A stretch of DNA of 64,000 bases from a virus (Duplodnaviria; Heunggongvirae; Uroviricota; Caudoviricetes): the IMG/VR virus record IMGVR_UViG_3300049044_000033, positions 382,796 to 446,795 of that record. The stretch is one strand, 5' to 3'. The notes below the pieces were generated by a model. It had not been told where the DNA came from. It ran no database searches and saw only the letters and a program-made list of their open reading frames with translations. A program made the position numbers and the translations under genes. The stretch's first letter is position 1; every line of letters begins with the position of its first letter. Below are positions 36,247-45,624 of the stretch, one piece after another.

Positions 36247-36501
36247 TCACATCCATGTTAGTTTAAACAACATTGCTGCCTTAGGGTCCTCGATATCAAG
36301 ATAGAATATCAAGTAGGTGCATTCTCCGTCACCCTTGCCTAGGTCACGTCTTTCCTGCATTGGATAGGCGTCATACTCGAGAGACCTAGAATCTAGCCAT
36401 TCCTTAACCTCATCACTGAGGACCAGGTCAAAATCTGCCGGGTCATCAGGATGGGATAAGTTACGCCACTCATATAGAGGTTTGTAGAGCTCGAAGATCA
36501 C
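36247..36501 (-). CDS. Hypothetical protein, LFKLxW family
   Basis: EVKEWL...IEDPKAAMLFKLTWM. Confidence 0.75.
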   Translation of the reverse strand: MIFELYKPLYEWRNLSHPDDPADFDLVLSDEVKEWLDSRSLEYDAYPMQERRDLGKGDGECTYLIFYLDIEDPKAAMLFKLTWM

Positions 36502-36869
36502 GCCTTGACCGGATACTCAGCAAAGCTACCATTCTCGCCATCCTCAGATACCTCAATGGTAATGTGACGACCAGGATACTTGTTGGTGATCTGCCCATAA
36601 AGATCATCGCTGATCATCTCGCAAGACTTATAGTCGAGTTCGAGAGTACCAGTACCGTAGAGGCTTTCGAGCCAACGCTTGAACTGGATGAATTCAAGAT
36701 CACGGTCATCGTGGAACACTTCGATCCACACCTTGAACTTGAACATGTGGCGATGATCATAACCTAGGAACTGAACATCTGCTAGGTTGGGATCAGTAAG
36801 GGCTGCGGGGTATTTGTGGACACCCTCTTTTTGGAAAGTGACCCATATCATCTTAAAGTCTTCTGTCAT
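36498..36869 (-). CDS. QueD-like T-fold enzyme (6-carboxytetrahydropterin synthase)
   Basis: EGVH...HRHMF...DRDLEF...SCE...VSEDGENG; His-rich Zn site; context with folE and queE. Confidence 0.75.
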   Translation of the reverse strand: MTEDFKMIWVTFQKEGVHKYPAALTDPNLADVQFLGYDHRHMFKFKVWIEVFHDDRDLEFIQFKRWLESLYGTGTLELDYKSCEMISDDLYGQITNKYPGRHITIEVSEDGENGSFAEYPVKA

Positions 36870-36905
36870 ACCTATTTGTAACAGAATAGGTGAACAGGAG
36901 CAATA

Positions 36906-37235
36906 TTATCTGGAGAGCTTCCTAATCAAAGCAGCACTGCGAAGCTTTCGATAAACTGAGAACTTCGCTAACTCAGGATTGACGAAGATACGGATACCAT
37001 AGAAATACTCGTGGCGACCTCGAGCTAATTTCTGGTAGAACGGATTCTCTTTTATATCATGATCAGAGAGGACCCGCTGTTTTACTCCTGGTTCACCTAC
37101 GACTAGGAATCCGTCAGGGATGAAGCGTTCCATCATTTTGCGGATACGCTGGTAGTCTTCAAGGTTAGTTTGAAGCTTGATATACAGATGGTCAGGATGA
37201 CTACCCTTAGAATAGTTTGTAACTTCTCTGATCAT
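36906..37235 (-). CDS. Hypothetical protein
   Basis: Packed ORF. Confidence 0.65.
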   Translation of the reverse strand: MIREVTNYSKGSHPDHLYIKLQTNLEDYQRIRKMMERFIPDGFLVVGEPGVKQRVLSDHDIKENPFYQKLARGRHEYFYGIRIFVNPELAKFSVYRKLRSAALIRKLSR

Positions 37236-37471
37236 AGCCAGGTCAACTTAAACAAAAGAGCTTTAGCGTCATCATTAAACGTGAACTCGCCCCATCGGTA
37301 TGACGACACGCGAACGGAGAATGATGCCTTGTTATCTTCACACCATTGCTGAACCTTTGGATACAAGATAGCTGTCCAGGATCGACAGCTCAACTGGTCG
37401 AGGTAGCACAGAGGTTCTATACCAACTCTACGATTGGTATCGCACTTTGTAGGGACAAGCAATGTAGTCAT
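37232..37471 (-). CDS. Hypothetical protein, LFKLxW family
   Basis: VQQWCEDN...FNDDAKALLFKLTWL. Confidence 0.75.
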   Translation of the reverse strand: MTTLLVPTKCDTNRRVGIEPLCYLDQLSCRSWTAILYPKVQQWCEDNKASFSVRVSSYRWGEFTFNDDAKALLFKLTWL

Positions 37472-37782
37472 GGCCGATAGACTAGTCGCTTATTAGCAAT
37501 CATCTCATTGAACTCGCCTACAAAGATATGCTCTCTTGGAATGTTCCATTCCAAGGCAAAGTGTCTTGCCTCTTTGATATCATAGAACCTCACATAGGAT
37601 TCTTGAAGAGCCCGTTTGTAGTGGATCTTTACCGACTTAGGTCGGAAGGATTTCTGACGGATGGCAAACCAATAGATCAGTAAGGGATCATACTCACGAT
37701 ACCAGCGCTTCATATCAACATCGAAATCTCTGGATTCCCAGACCCAATGCTCCCTGCGGTTGAGGATGACACTAACTTCCAT
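37468..37782 (-). CDS. Hypothetical protein, LFKLxW family (paralog of next gene)
   Basis: ILNRREHWVWES...DPLL..W...RFYDIKEARHFALEW. Confidence 0.7.
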   Translation of the reverse strand: MEVSVILNRREHWVWESRDFDVDMKRWYREYDPLLIYWFAIRQKSFRPKSVKIHYKRALQESYVRFYDIKEARHFALEWNIPREHIFVGEFNEMIANKRLVYRP

Positions 37783-37816
37783 AGCCCTAGCTAGCAGGGT
37801 ATGGATCCTAACGTCA

Positions 37817-38227
37817 TTATTCGAGAATGAATAGATGGTTTATAGGATACCGACTAAGGACGAAGTCAGTTGCAAACTGGATCTTCGCGGTAACCTTAGG
37901 AAGTTCCTTGTCGACTACCTTTAGCCACCACTTCTCATCAGTCCTGATACAAATCTCTGGGATATCAAAGATCAGGGCAAAGAGTCGAGCAGCCTTAAGA
38001 TCGTCGAACCGCAGAGAGACGACCTTCTTGTTACGCTGGCGGTTCTTGGTCCGGTTATTATAGATGGAAGAGACTTTGAACTGAGGCTTATTCTTCTGCG
38101 CATTCAACCATTCGTATAAGATGGGATCCATGATCCTATGATAGCTTCCACGATGAACGCTATTAACGTTTGAATCCCACATCCAATGTAGATTTCGGGT
38201 TAGGATGATATCTACGCTCATAAGCAC
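37817..38227 (-). CDS. Hypothetical protein, LFKLxW family
   Basis: ILTRNLHWMWDS...DPILYEW...RFDDLKAARLFALIF. Confidence 0.7.
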   Translation of the reverse strand: MLMSVDIILTRNLHWMWDSNVNSVHRGSYHRIMDPILYEWLNAQKNKPQFKVSSIYNNRTKNRQRNKKVVSLRFDDLKAARLFALIFDIPEICIRTDEKWWLKVVDKELPKVTAKIQFATDFVLSRYPINHLFILE

Positions 38228-38345
38228 CTCAAGTCTGCCGTATATCCATTATACAACAAACCTAATCTAAAATCAAGCTAAACCCTTGAGAAGTCGCTTG
38301 ATTCCGCGGTTTTCTGAGGTGAAAGGTGAACTAAAAAGTCACCTT

Positions 38346-38597
38346 TCAGAGCCAAGTGAGCTTAAACAAGGTAGCGTGTCGGGGATTCTCAAAATAGATC
38401 GTTCGATGACGGTGATCAGGTGATTCGCCGTATTGGAATGGAATATTTTGAGAAGTTAGCCATTCCTGAATCATATCCTTTAGACGGAATCGACTATTGT
38501 AATAGGGGTCGGCAGAACTTTTCCAGAGACGTTTATCCAAGATAACATGTCGATGGTCTAATCCAAGAAGCTGAGGGTTTGAATAAATCACAACCAC
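38346..38597 (-). CDS. Hypothetical protein, LFKLxW family
   Basis: IQEWL...YFENPRHATLFKLTWL. Confidence 0.75.
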   Translation of the reverse strand: MVVIYSNPQLLGLDHRHVILDKRLWKSSADPYYNSRFRLKDMIQEWLTSQNIPFQYGESPDHRHRTIYFENPRHATLFKLTWL

Positions 38598-38806
38598 CTC
38601 ATCTTAAACAACATCGCGGACTTACGATCTGGTATGTGTATGATACCTTGTTGGTGAGATAATACACGAAAGGAAAATTCCACCTTATGCTCGATTAACC
38701 ACAAGGTAACCTTACGGGACAAACCTACACGGGTGATAGCATGATTGCTGCTACTATCGACAAACTCTAAAAAGGAGCGATCCAAATCAAAGGCGTTATC
38801 AAACAT
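38588..38806 (-). CDS. Hypothetical protein, LFKLxW family
   Basis: VTLWL...IPDRKSAMLFKMRWL. Confidence 0.7.
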   Translation of the reverse strand: MFDNAFDLDRSFLEFVDSSSNHAITRVGLSRKVTLWLIEHKVEFSFRVLSHQQGIIHIPDRKSAMLFKMRWL

Positions 38807-39368
38807 CTTTGGCCTTCTTTGCGTAGGTATTCCAGATCATAAGATCAAAATCTGCGACACTCATTCCTGATTGATCGGCTAGGTTGAGGAAGACTTTTTC
38901 TAACTCGGCATACTTCTTTCCTCCTGGAGTGCCCTTCTGGTCAGTTAGACCAAGGTCTCGCATGTGACGAATCACGTGAGTATCTAAGCAGGCAATGCGC
39001 TGATTGGGACGAGTATGAAGCATGAAGTAGCGAGCAGTCTTTGCCCCGGCTCCGTGGATTGCTTCAAGGTCTGCAATCGCACAAGTTTTGAGATTTAAGC
39101 TCAGGCTTTGGCTGAATGCCTTTGTGAGCTTGGTATATTGACCCAATCGAGCATTTTTGATTGCATCGAGGAGACCGCCGTTGAGATCTAGCTTTGCTGT
39201 CATTTCAAACGGGGTCTGATCTCCAATGTGATTATCTTGGAAATATGCCTCAAGGTGCTTGGCTTGTGTGACCGCTGTTTTACCTGCCACACTGAGGCAG
39301 AAGAGCCAGAATTCCTGCAGCTCTGCTTCAGTGCGGTCAAACTTTGTAACGTCAGTTGGATCAATCAT
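38799..39368 (-). CDS. HhH DNA glycosylase (Ogg2-like)
   Basis: LFCLSVA; HhH IHGAGAKTARYF; LDTHVIR; Y..LE..F; DLMIW. Confidence 0.75.
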   Translation of the reverse strand: MIDPTDVTKFDRTEAELQEFWLFCLSVAGKTAVTQAKHLEAYFQDNHIGDQTPFEMTAKLDLNGGLLDAIKNARLGQYTKLTKAFSQSLSLNLKTCAIADLEAIHGAGAKTARYFMLHTRPNQRIACLDTHVIRHMRDLGLTDQKGTPGGKKYAELEKVFLNLADQSGMSVADFDLMIWNTYAKKAKDV

Positions 39369-39402
39369 AAACCCTCTTAGCAGGGTCGGTGATCAGCTGT
39401 CA

Positions 39403-39651
39403 CTAGTCTTGTGAATGAGGGGAGGCTACTCTGAGCCGATTAAGGGGAACCAAAGTTTCGCCCCTATATGTCTTTGGTTGTCTGATCCAAGCTGTTGGAC
39501 CTTCGATGAAGATGATCTCGTAGACTGGTCCTTGGTTCATCCCCAAGTAAACTAGAGTTCCACGTTCTTTAGGTTCTTGGCACCCGGTCTCAAAGGAATA
39601 ACCAGGGCACAACACATCTGCGTAGGTAGGAAAGCTCATAAGATTTTCCAC
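39403..39651 (-). CDS. Small SH3-like hypothetical protein
   Basis: Beta-rich pattern; ends in TAG followed directly by TGA. Confidence 0.55.
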   Translation of the reverse strand: MENLMSFPTYADVLCPGYSFETGCQEPKERGTLVYLGMNQGPVYEIIFIEGPTAWIRQPKTYRGETLVPLNRLRVASPHSQD

Positions 39652-39762
39652 TATTGTTCGATCTTGGGGGCCACGCCCGCCCCCACCAAGCTGCTCTGGA
39701 ACTGCCGTTCCTGCGCGAAGAAAGGAATCACCTCCTCAAGAGTAAAGTTTGGCAGCTTGGTT

Positions 39763-39784
39763 TGTAGGGCCCGAAGGCCCTACA
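39763..39784 (-). terminator. cUUCGg hairpin after the clamp gene
   Basis: TGTAGGGCC-TTCG-GGCCCTACA; no U-tract. Confidence 0.55.
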
Positions 39785-39786
39785 CA

Positions 39787-40548
39787 TCACTTCTTGCGAG
39801 CAGGAAGGATGAACTTGTATTCGGCCTGGCCGCTGGCCATGGTGATCTGAAGAGCACCACGCGACGAGAACTGAAGCTTGGGATTCTCATCAGCGCCCAG
39901 CTTGAGGATTGCCATCACAGGAGCAATACCCCAGTGAAGATCGCCGCCCAGCTCGCCAGAGACGTTGTCGTCAATGGTCAGGTAAGCACGGTGCATGGAC
40001 GAACCTTCGTCACCGATGTAGAAGCGCAGCTCATTGTTGCCTTCGTCGTTCTTGACGGTCTTGACCATGAAGAAGTTCTCGAAAGTGCTGTAAAGACCAG
40101 CTAGAGCCTGCAGTTCCTTGAGCTTGGAAGCCGAAGGATCAACTTCAACGTCCCACTGAGTGCCCAGGAACTTTGCCTGATCAGGAATCAGGTCCTTGGA
40201 CATCAAACGGTAGGCAGCCGAAGACTTGGTATTCTTGTTTGAGAATACGATTTCCTCAGGAGTCTGAACGCCATTACGGTCACGACGCTTGACTTCAACC
40301 TTAACGGTGTCTTCGTCACCCTTAAACAGAGCGCTGGTAACCAGACCCTGTAGAAGACCAAGCTGGGACAGACCGAACTCGCCCTTCAGAGCAGGTTCAA
40401 CATTGAGCAGCTTGCCCTTGACGATAACGGTACGCTCGTTATCCATTGCTTCGACGAGAGTTTCCTCGTCGCTGCCGGTGATCTTCACAGTGTCGATGAA
40501 GCCAAGGCCACCGGTGTGCCTTACGATGTCCTGAAATGTTTCACGCAT
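39787..40548 (-). CDS. Probable sliding clamp (gp45-like)
   Basis: 253 aa, clamp-like alpha/beta pattern ending Y.FILP; next to PolB. Confidence 0.7.
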   Translation of the reverse strand: MRETFQDIVRHTGGLGFIDTVKITGSDEETLVEAMDNERTVIVKGKLLNVEPALKGEFGLSQLGLLQGLVTSALFKGDEDTVKVEVKRRDRNGVQTPEEIVFSNKNTKSSAAYRLMSKDLIPDQAKFLGTQWDVEVDPSASKLKELQALAGLYSTFENFFMVKTVKNDEGNNELRFYIGDEGSSMHRAYLTIDDNVSGELGGDLHWGIAPVMAILKLGADENPKLQFSSRGALQITMASGQAEYKFILPARKK

Positions 40549-40585
40549 TTGGGAGTTTATCCTCTTGTTTTTGGATGTTTACTCT

Positions 40586-40614
40586 ATAATATAGAACAGG
40601 TGAGTAAACGTCAA
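40586..40614 (-). promoter_or_regulatory. Sigma70-like promoter
   Basis: TTGACG-N17-TATTAT. Confidence 0.6.
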
Positions 40615-40619
40615 TTTGT

Positions 40620-40925
40620 TTAGACTATTTTGACTTCGCATTGGCCACCAAAGCGACCCGTACCATCAGTGAAGACCTCAACCGCGTAGTTGTCAGAATC
40701 CAGCTGAGACGCGAATTTAGTAAATGCTTCCATGTCTTCAGTGGGGATGATCCAGTTGACACCCTTCTTGCCATGAGTCTGGGAGATCAAATAACCACCC
40801 CAGCGCAAGTTAGGAAAGTCAGCGAATAGAAGTTCTCCCGTCCGCCGTTCGCACCTAGATAGTTCCTCCCGGCTAGGAGTATTCTTACGGTTAATTAGGA
40901 GAACTCTATTCATTTCATTCCTCAA
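40620..40925 (-). CDS. Hypothetical protein
   Basis: Overlaps the PolB stop. Confidence 0.6.
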   Translation of the reverse strand: MRNEMNRVLLINRKNTPSREELSRCERRTGELLFADFPNLRWGGYLISQTHGKKGVNWIIPTEDMEAFTKFASQLDSDNYAVEVFTDGTGRFGGQCEVKIV

Positions 40926-43909
40926 AAGCTAAAGAGATCATTAAACGTGGTGTCTTCTCGAGTCTCACTCAAGTCCCACTTCAACACACCAATCAGGTTG
41001 TTGATCTTCTTGTCGATGATCGTGTCTTCCATCAACTCAGAGTCGAAAGGAAGTTCCTTATACCACTCTGGCAAGTTGTGCTCGTCAATTGGATAAGCAA
41101 CGCTATCCATCTTCAGAGGGTTTGGCCTCAGCTTACAAACAATAACCTTCTGACCATCTTGAATTTCCATCGCATAATGGTCATTGTAGAGCTTGCGAAG
41201 CGTGTTCCAATGGATCGCTGCTTGAACGTGTCCGGGAACCCTGACCTTCTCCTTTGGACCAGACTTCATGATATCCTTCTTGCCGTCTCCGGCAGTCATG
41301 CGGCTAACATAGCCCGTAATACCATTAACCTTCTTAGGGGTGCCCTGCTGGTACCCAGGGAGAGCTCGGAAGTCCTTGCGGAACTCACGAATCATATCGA
41401 AAATCAATTCCTTACTACCACCATCTAGCAGAGTGGTGATAATTTTTTCAAGAAATTCCTGCATAATTTTTGGCGTATCGGCGCGCTTGAGATCTAGACC
41501 AACGGCCTTAATCTTACCTGGCTTACCGTTAACGTCAAGACGCACGTTGTCCTTGTCATACATTAGGAGCGCATAACGCTTCTTAGTGATGAAGAGACCA
41601 CGACTTGCAATTAGTTCTCGACCTGCCTTAATGATTGCACCGCGCTCAAGACCAGTATTGAAAGCAGTATCCATGAAGGGTGGGAAGCTTTCATTGACTG
41701 CATTACCAATACCATCATAAAGCTCAATCATCGCATCACGATCATTAAGCATGAAGGACAGTTCTGGATCATTCTTCAACATGTGGTATGCTGTGAAGTA
41801 AACCGAGTCAGTGTCGTTATAGAGAATTGCATCTCCACGAACGTCATAGACGCCAGTGATGATCTCATTAGTCTTGCTGCTCATGTGCTTGGTAATAGAG
41901 CGACCTGTCAGCGTAACCGACTGACCAATGCGAGCGTCGTAGAAGCGACAACCTTCGTTGAGGAGCGCACCATAGAGGGAGTTCAGAAGAATCTTACGAG
42001 CCTGCTGCCTCTGGTTCCAGAACACTTCATGTTCCTTGGCTTCCTTCTTGTGAGCATCCTCAATAATAATGAGGTTGTTCTCGATGCGAATAAAGCCATC
42101 GCCGACGAGGAAGTCAATTGCATCCTTGTCGCCTGCCTTGATGAAATCAGCTAGGTCGGCAAACTCAACTTTATTCCTACCATGTTCAACACCGGTCTTG
42201 AACTTGTCCCAGTCGACTTCAAAGCCCTTACCAGTAGCTGCCGCTTCACTGAATACAGTTTCCTTGAACTGCATTGCCTTACGTTCAGAATACCAGCGAG
42301 CCAGTAGACCCGGGATGATTGCTTCTACGTCGGTCCTGAAGATAGTACCATTAGCCGTGATACAGTAGGGGTTGCCCTGAAGGAAGATGTATTCGTATAG
42401 CTGATCACCAGTTACCTGAATCGAGTTACCATCTTCAAAGTCAACGGTCATTACTTCGTTGGACTTATCAGCAACCATCTGATATTCTAAAGTGCTAAAC
42501 AGACCTTCCCAACATTCCGGACCGGGAATACCCTGAGCCAATCGACTGTCAATGAGCGCGTTGGTGCGCTGAAGTCTGATCTGCCCCACAAGAGTCTCTG
42601 GACCCATGTTGAGAGCACGAAGTGCTGATGGATACAGGGAGTTGATGTCGCAGCAAGCAATCTCGTCATGCAGACCAATCTTAGGCTTAGCCACATAGGC
42701 ACCGACCACAGGTCGCTTACCGTCTGCGAACTTGAAACTACTTTCTTCGCCATCCTCATCGTCTTCATCGATATCTTCCTCGATATCAACTTCCCAATCA
42801 GGCTTTTTGCGATTAGGCACACATACACCACGCGAGTGAGCCTCGTTGATGATTGCCTGTTCAATCAGTGCCACAGATCCCATTGTTGTAGGAAGCAGAA
42901 CTGTATTCGTGTGAGCAATCTGATTAGCCAGTTCGATGAAGCGCTTCTTCTGGTCAATCTTGTAGAGCAGAAGAGTGTCCTGGCGGTTGTATTCTAGGAA
43001 CTTGAGAAAGTCCCTCTTATACAAGTTGTCTAGGCTTCCCTCGTAGGGAATCTTGTTTTCCTTGACCTCAATCTCACCCACATAGTCAAGACGATAGCTG
43101 TGGAGTTCCTGAGGATTGTGCTTCTTATAAAGTTCCAAATAGTCAAGGTGGATCCTGCCGATTAGATCGTAGGTGTTATGTTCCTTCTTGAATTGGATAT
43201 ACTTCTTCTTACGTGGACGCTGGTTCCACAAACACATCCTCTTGCTATGATCCTTACCCATCAGCCGCTCAATGCGATTGACCACGTAGGGAATATCGAA
43301 GCCTTTGGAGTTCCAGCCACTCAATACGTCCGAGTCCTCAATGAGGTCTAGAAAGATGTCAAGCATCTGAACTTCGTCATTACACAAAATTGTATTAGGC
43401 AAGCTCTTACAGATTGCTTCAGCGGCTTCCCAAGTCAGATGATCCTTATCACTTTCTGGCAAGTTTGGCTTCAAGCAGAGAGTGAAGAGTTCATTGTCTT
43501 GACTGCGATGGACTGAGATTGCCGTGATTGCGCTGAACGGATCATCCGGACGAGCAAAGCCACGCATTGGATCAAAGTCCACCTCAATATCGAAGAAAGC
43601 TAAGTTGAGAACCGGAGTATCTGCACCAAGGTAGTTTTCTTCAAGACATCGAAAGACAGGATTGATATCGCTTTCATGAATCTTACGACTACCCTGCATC
43701 CTCAGTTCATTTTGGAACTTCTTGTGCGAGGTAAACGTGCTCTTAGCGACTGGGCGGCCCCACATATCTTTGTAGCGACCAGCACGAGGATCTTCATAGT
43801 AGAAAACGTAGGAGGCCGGAATAGAGCGATAAACCCTCTGGCCTTCAACTCGTTCTACAACGAGAATCTCGTCCTTTTCTTTGTCATGGATAGCATCCAC
43901 GTAGGCCAT
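40922..43909 (-). CDS. Family B DNA polymerase
   Basis: Exonuclease FDIE, GWNSKGFD, YNRQD; polymerase DINSLYP, KILLNSLYG, YNDTDS, KKRY. Confidence 0.97.
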   Translation of the reverse strand: MAYVDAIHDKEKDEILVVERVEGQRVYRSIPASYVFYYEDPRAGRYKDMWGRPVAKSTFTSHKKFQNELRMQGSRKIHESDINPVFRCLEENYLGADTPVLNLAFFDIEVDFDPMRGFARPDDPFSAITAISVHRSQDNELFTLCLKPNLPESDKDHLTWEAAEAICKSLPNTILCNDEVQMLDIFLDLIEDSDVLSGWNSKGFDIPYVVNRIERLMGKDHSKRMCLWNQRPRKKKYIQFKKEHNTYDLIGRIHLDYLELYKKHNPQELHSYRLDYVGEIEVKENKIPYEGSLDNLYKRDFLKFLEYNRQDTLLLYKIDQKKRFIELANQIAHTNTVLLPTTMGSVALIEQAIINEAHSRGVCVPNRKKPDWEVDIEEDIDEDDEDGEESSFKFADGKRPVVGAYVAKPKIGLHDEIACCDINSLYPSALRALNMGPETLVGQIRLQRTNALIDSRLAQGIPGPECWEGLFSTLEYQMVADKSNEVMTVDFEDGNSIQVTGDQLYEYIFLQGNPYCITANGTIFRTDVEAIIPGLLARWYSERKAMQFKETVFSEAAATGKGFEVDWDKFKTGVEHGRNKVEFADLADFIKAGDKDAIDFLVGDGFIRIENNLIIIEDAHKKEAKEHEVFWNQRQQARKILLNSLYGALLNEGCRFYDARIGQSVTLTGRSITKHMSSKTNEIITGVYDVRGDAILYNDTDSVYFTAYHMLKNDPELSFMLNDRDAMIELYDGIGNAVNESFPPFMDTAFNTGLERGAIIKAGRELIASRGLFITKKRYALLMYDKDNVRLDVNGKPGKIKAVGLDLKRADTPKIMQEFLEKIITTLLDGGSKELIFDMIREFRKDFRALPGYQQGTPKKVNGITGYVSRMTAGDGKKDIMKSGPKEKVRVPGHVQAAIHWNTLRKLYNDHYAMEIQDGQKVIVCKLRPNPLKMDSVAYPIDEHNLPEWYKELPFDSELMEDTIIDKKINNLIGVLKWDLSETREDTTFNDLFSF

Positions 43910-43999
43910 TAGATTCTCCTTCTATTATGTTCTTGGGTGCATATTTATCATAGCACCAGTTCGATCTAATGTGCGATATTCAGGTGAATTTGAGATAAG

Positions 44000-44025
44000 A
44001 ATGGACGCCCCGAAGGGCGTCCATT
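44000..44025 (-). terminator. Intrinsic terminator with cUUCGg loop
   Basis: ATGGACGCCC-TTCG-GGGCGTCCAT-TCTT. Confidence 0.75.
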
Positions 44026-44034
44026 TAAGTGCGC

Positions 44035-44289
44035 TTAGGCGCGACCAACGGCAGCGAGGATTTCCTCAACTTCGTTGACGGCTTCCTTATCAGCTTCCAA
44101 GGAAGCCTTGTGAGCAGCGCGAATAGCCTTGCTGATTGCAGCTGGCTTGAGGTTCAGTTCTTCAGCAACAGCCTTAACGACTTCGCGGAAGCCACCCTTC
44201 AGGTCTTCAACTTCCTGGGTGATCTTCAGACCTTCGTCAATGACGCGCTTTAGCTTCTTGGCGTCTTCGGCGGTAAGAGTAGTGCTCAT
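44035..44289 (-). CDS. Small dsDNA-binding protein (T4 DsbA/GapR-like)
   Basis: LKRVIDEG...EVEDLK...VAEELNLKPAAISKAIRAAHK; GGAG RBS. Confidence 0.7.
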   Translation of the reverse strand: MSTTLTAEDAKKLKRVIDEGLKITQEVEDLKGGFREVVKAVAEELNLKPAAISKAIRAAHKASLEADKEAVNEVEEILAAVGRA

Positions 44290-44352
44290 TTGTGTTCTCC
44301 ATGCGAGCGTTTGTTTACCCACATTACAGAACACTACTCTCCTATGTCACTA

Positions 44353-45108
44353 TTATTTCCACCTTTTCACAACGCGCAGACAACGCGCTGAGTCGTCATA
44401 CAGAACGTCTAAAGACTTTGCGTCCAGGATAGCATCCTTGTGTACCGCATTGTAACTCATGTTCTTAGAGGGCGCCTCAGGGTCCGGAAGCCCTGCTTCC
44501 TTGGCTGCTTTCTTCGCCTTCTTGTAATCTGCATCTGCGGCAGCTTGAGCCTGATCTGCATCTTCGATGAGTTCATCATTCGAACCCTTGACGACCATCA
44601 TCCTCTTACTAGCGATGAAATCAACAACTTTCGCATAATCGTCCAAGTTATCAAACTCGATAACCGCAACAGTGCGCTCATCATTGTTGACGAAATCCCA
44701 ACGACGCTTGAGGGCTTCATGTGCTTCGCGAACGTGGTCAGGAGTCATAAAGGTCACAGAAGTAGCATCACGGCTAACCCAAGGAATGCCCTTATACATC
44801 AAAACGCCAAGAGCAGATTCGAGCTCTTCATCGTTTGCGAAGCAGATCGTATTATCAGGTGTCTCGCTAGTTGACTCTTCGTCTTCCAAGTCAGCAACCG
44901 CAGCATCAAGATCAACCTCGTCCTCAACGACCTTAGGCTTGGGAGCCTTCTTTGCTCGAGTTTCGAGTTCCTTGACTTCTGGACTGTTGAGCTCCATGTC
45001 TTCGGCTACGAGGGCGATAGCTTCGTTGAGGGATTTTCCCTTGCGGGTTAGCTTGCTCACTCGAGCAGAAGCTTCAATGATCATGGATTCAAAGATTAGA
45101 TCTTTCAT
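44353..45108 (-). CDS. Hypothetical late protein
   Basis: AGGAGG RBS; TAAATA upstream; MKDLIFES..IIEA N-terminus. Confidence 0.75.
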   Translation of the reverse strand: MKDLIFESMIIEASARVSKLTRKGKSLNEAIALVAEDMELNSPEVKELETRAKKAPKPKVVEDEVDLDAAVADLEDEESTSETPDNTICFANDEELESALGVLMYKGIPWVSRDATSVTFMTPDHVREAHEALKRRWDFVNNDERTVAVIEFDNLDDYAKVVDFIASKRMMVVKGSNDELIEDADQAQAAADADYKKAKKAAKEAGLPDPEAPSKNMSYNAVHKDAILDAKSLDVLYDDSARCLRVVKRWK

Positions 45109-45136
45109 GGGAATACCTCCTACAGGTTTCCCGTAT

Positions 45137-45397
45137 TTAATCTTTATGGTATTTGAGCTTGAGGATTAAAGCAATGTTAGGATCGTCAGTCTCAGCATCC
45201 ATGTATTGCTCTTGGCTACCATCTGATAGACTTCTTACCTTTCCAAGCTGAACAAAGACGTTTCCAAGTTCGCGGATTTCCTCAGCAGTGAGCCAGATAG
45301 TTTCTGGATCTAAGACCATGCTGAGAAGCCAATATGGTTTTCCCGTCTTGTCCCGGTAGGAATGGAGTTGTCCACTCAAGGCAGTTGACCATTCCAT
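45137..45397 (-). CDS. Hypothetical protein, divergent LFKLxW family
   Basis: TDDPNIALILKLKY. Confidence 0.6.
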   Translation of the reverse strand: MEWSTALSGQLHSYRDKTGKPYWLLSMVLDPETIWLTAEEIRELGNVFVQLGKVRSLSDGSQEQYMDAETDDPNIALILKLKYHKD

Positions 45398-45624
45398 CGG
45401 GTTAAAAACAAAGCAGCATCTCGGGGTTCAGCGAACCATACCCCATCGGTATGCGGATTGTAGTGACCTTTGATCGCAACATTGATCCAAGGCTGGACTT
45501 CTTCATCCCACCAAACTGCGAGCTTATCATGGCGGGATAGATCGGTATTCTTAACCATACCCAATTGGGTCCAGAATATCGTAACACTACGAAGAACCAA
45601 ACGGTGGTCGTCGAACTCTTCCAT
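45376..45624 (-). CDS. Hypothetical protein, LFKLxW family
   Basis: VQPWI...WFAEPRDAALFLTRW. Confidence 0.7.
   Translation of the reverse strand: MEEFDDHRLVLRSVTIFWTQLGMVKNTDLSRHDKLAVWWDEEVQPWINVAIKGHYNPHTDGVWFAEPRDAALFLTRWNGQLP

Noticed and set aside
40922-43909. Intein or intron in the DNA polymerase
   Set aside because: The frame is continuous, with no C/S...HN splice motifs or LAGLIDADG signature.
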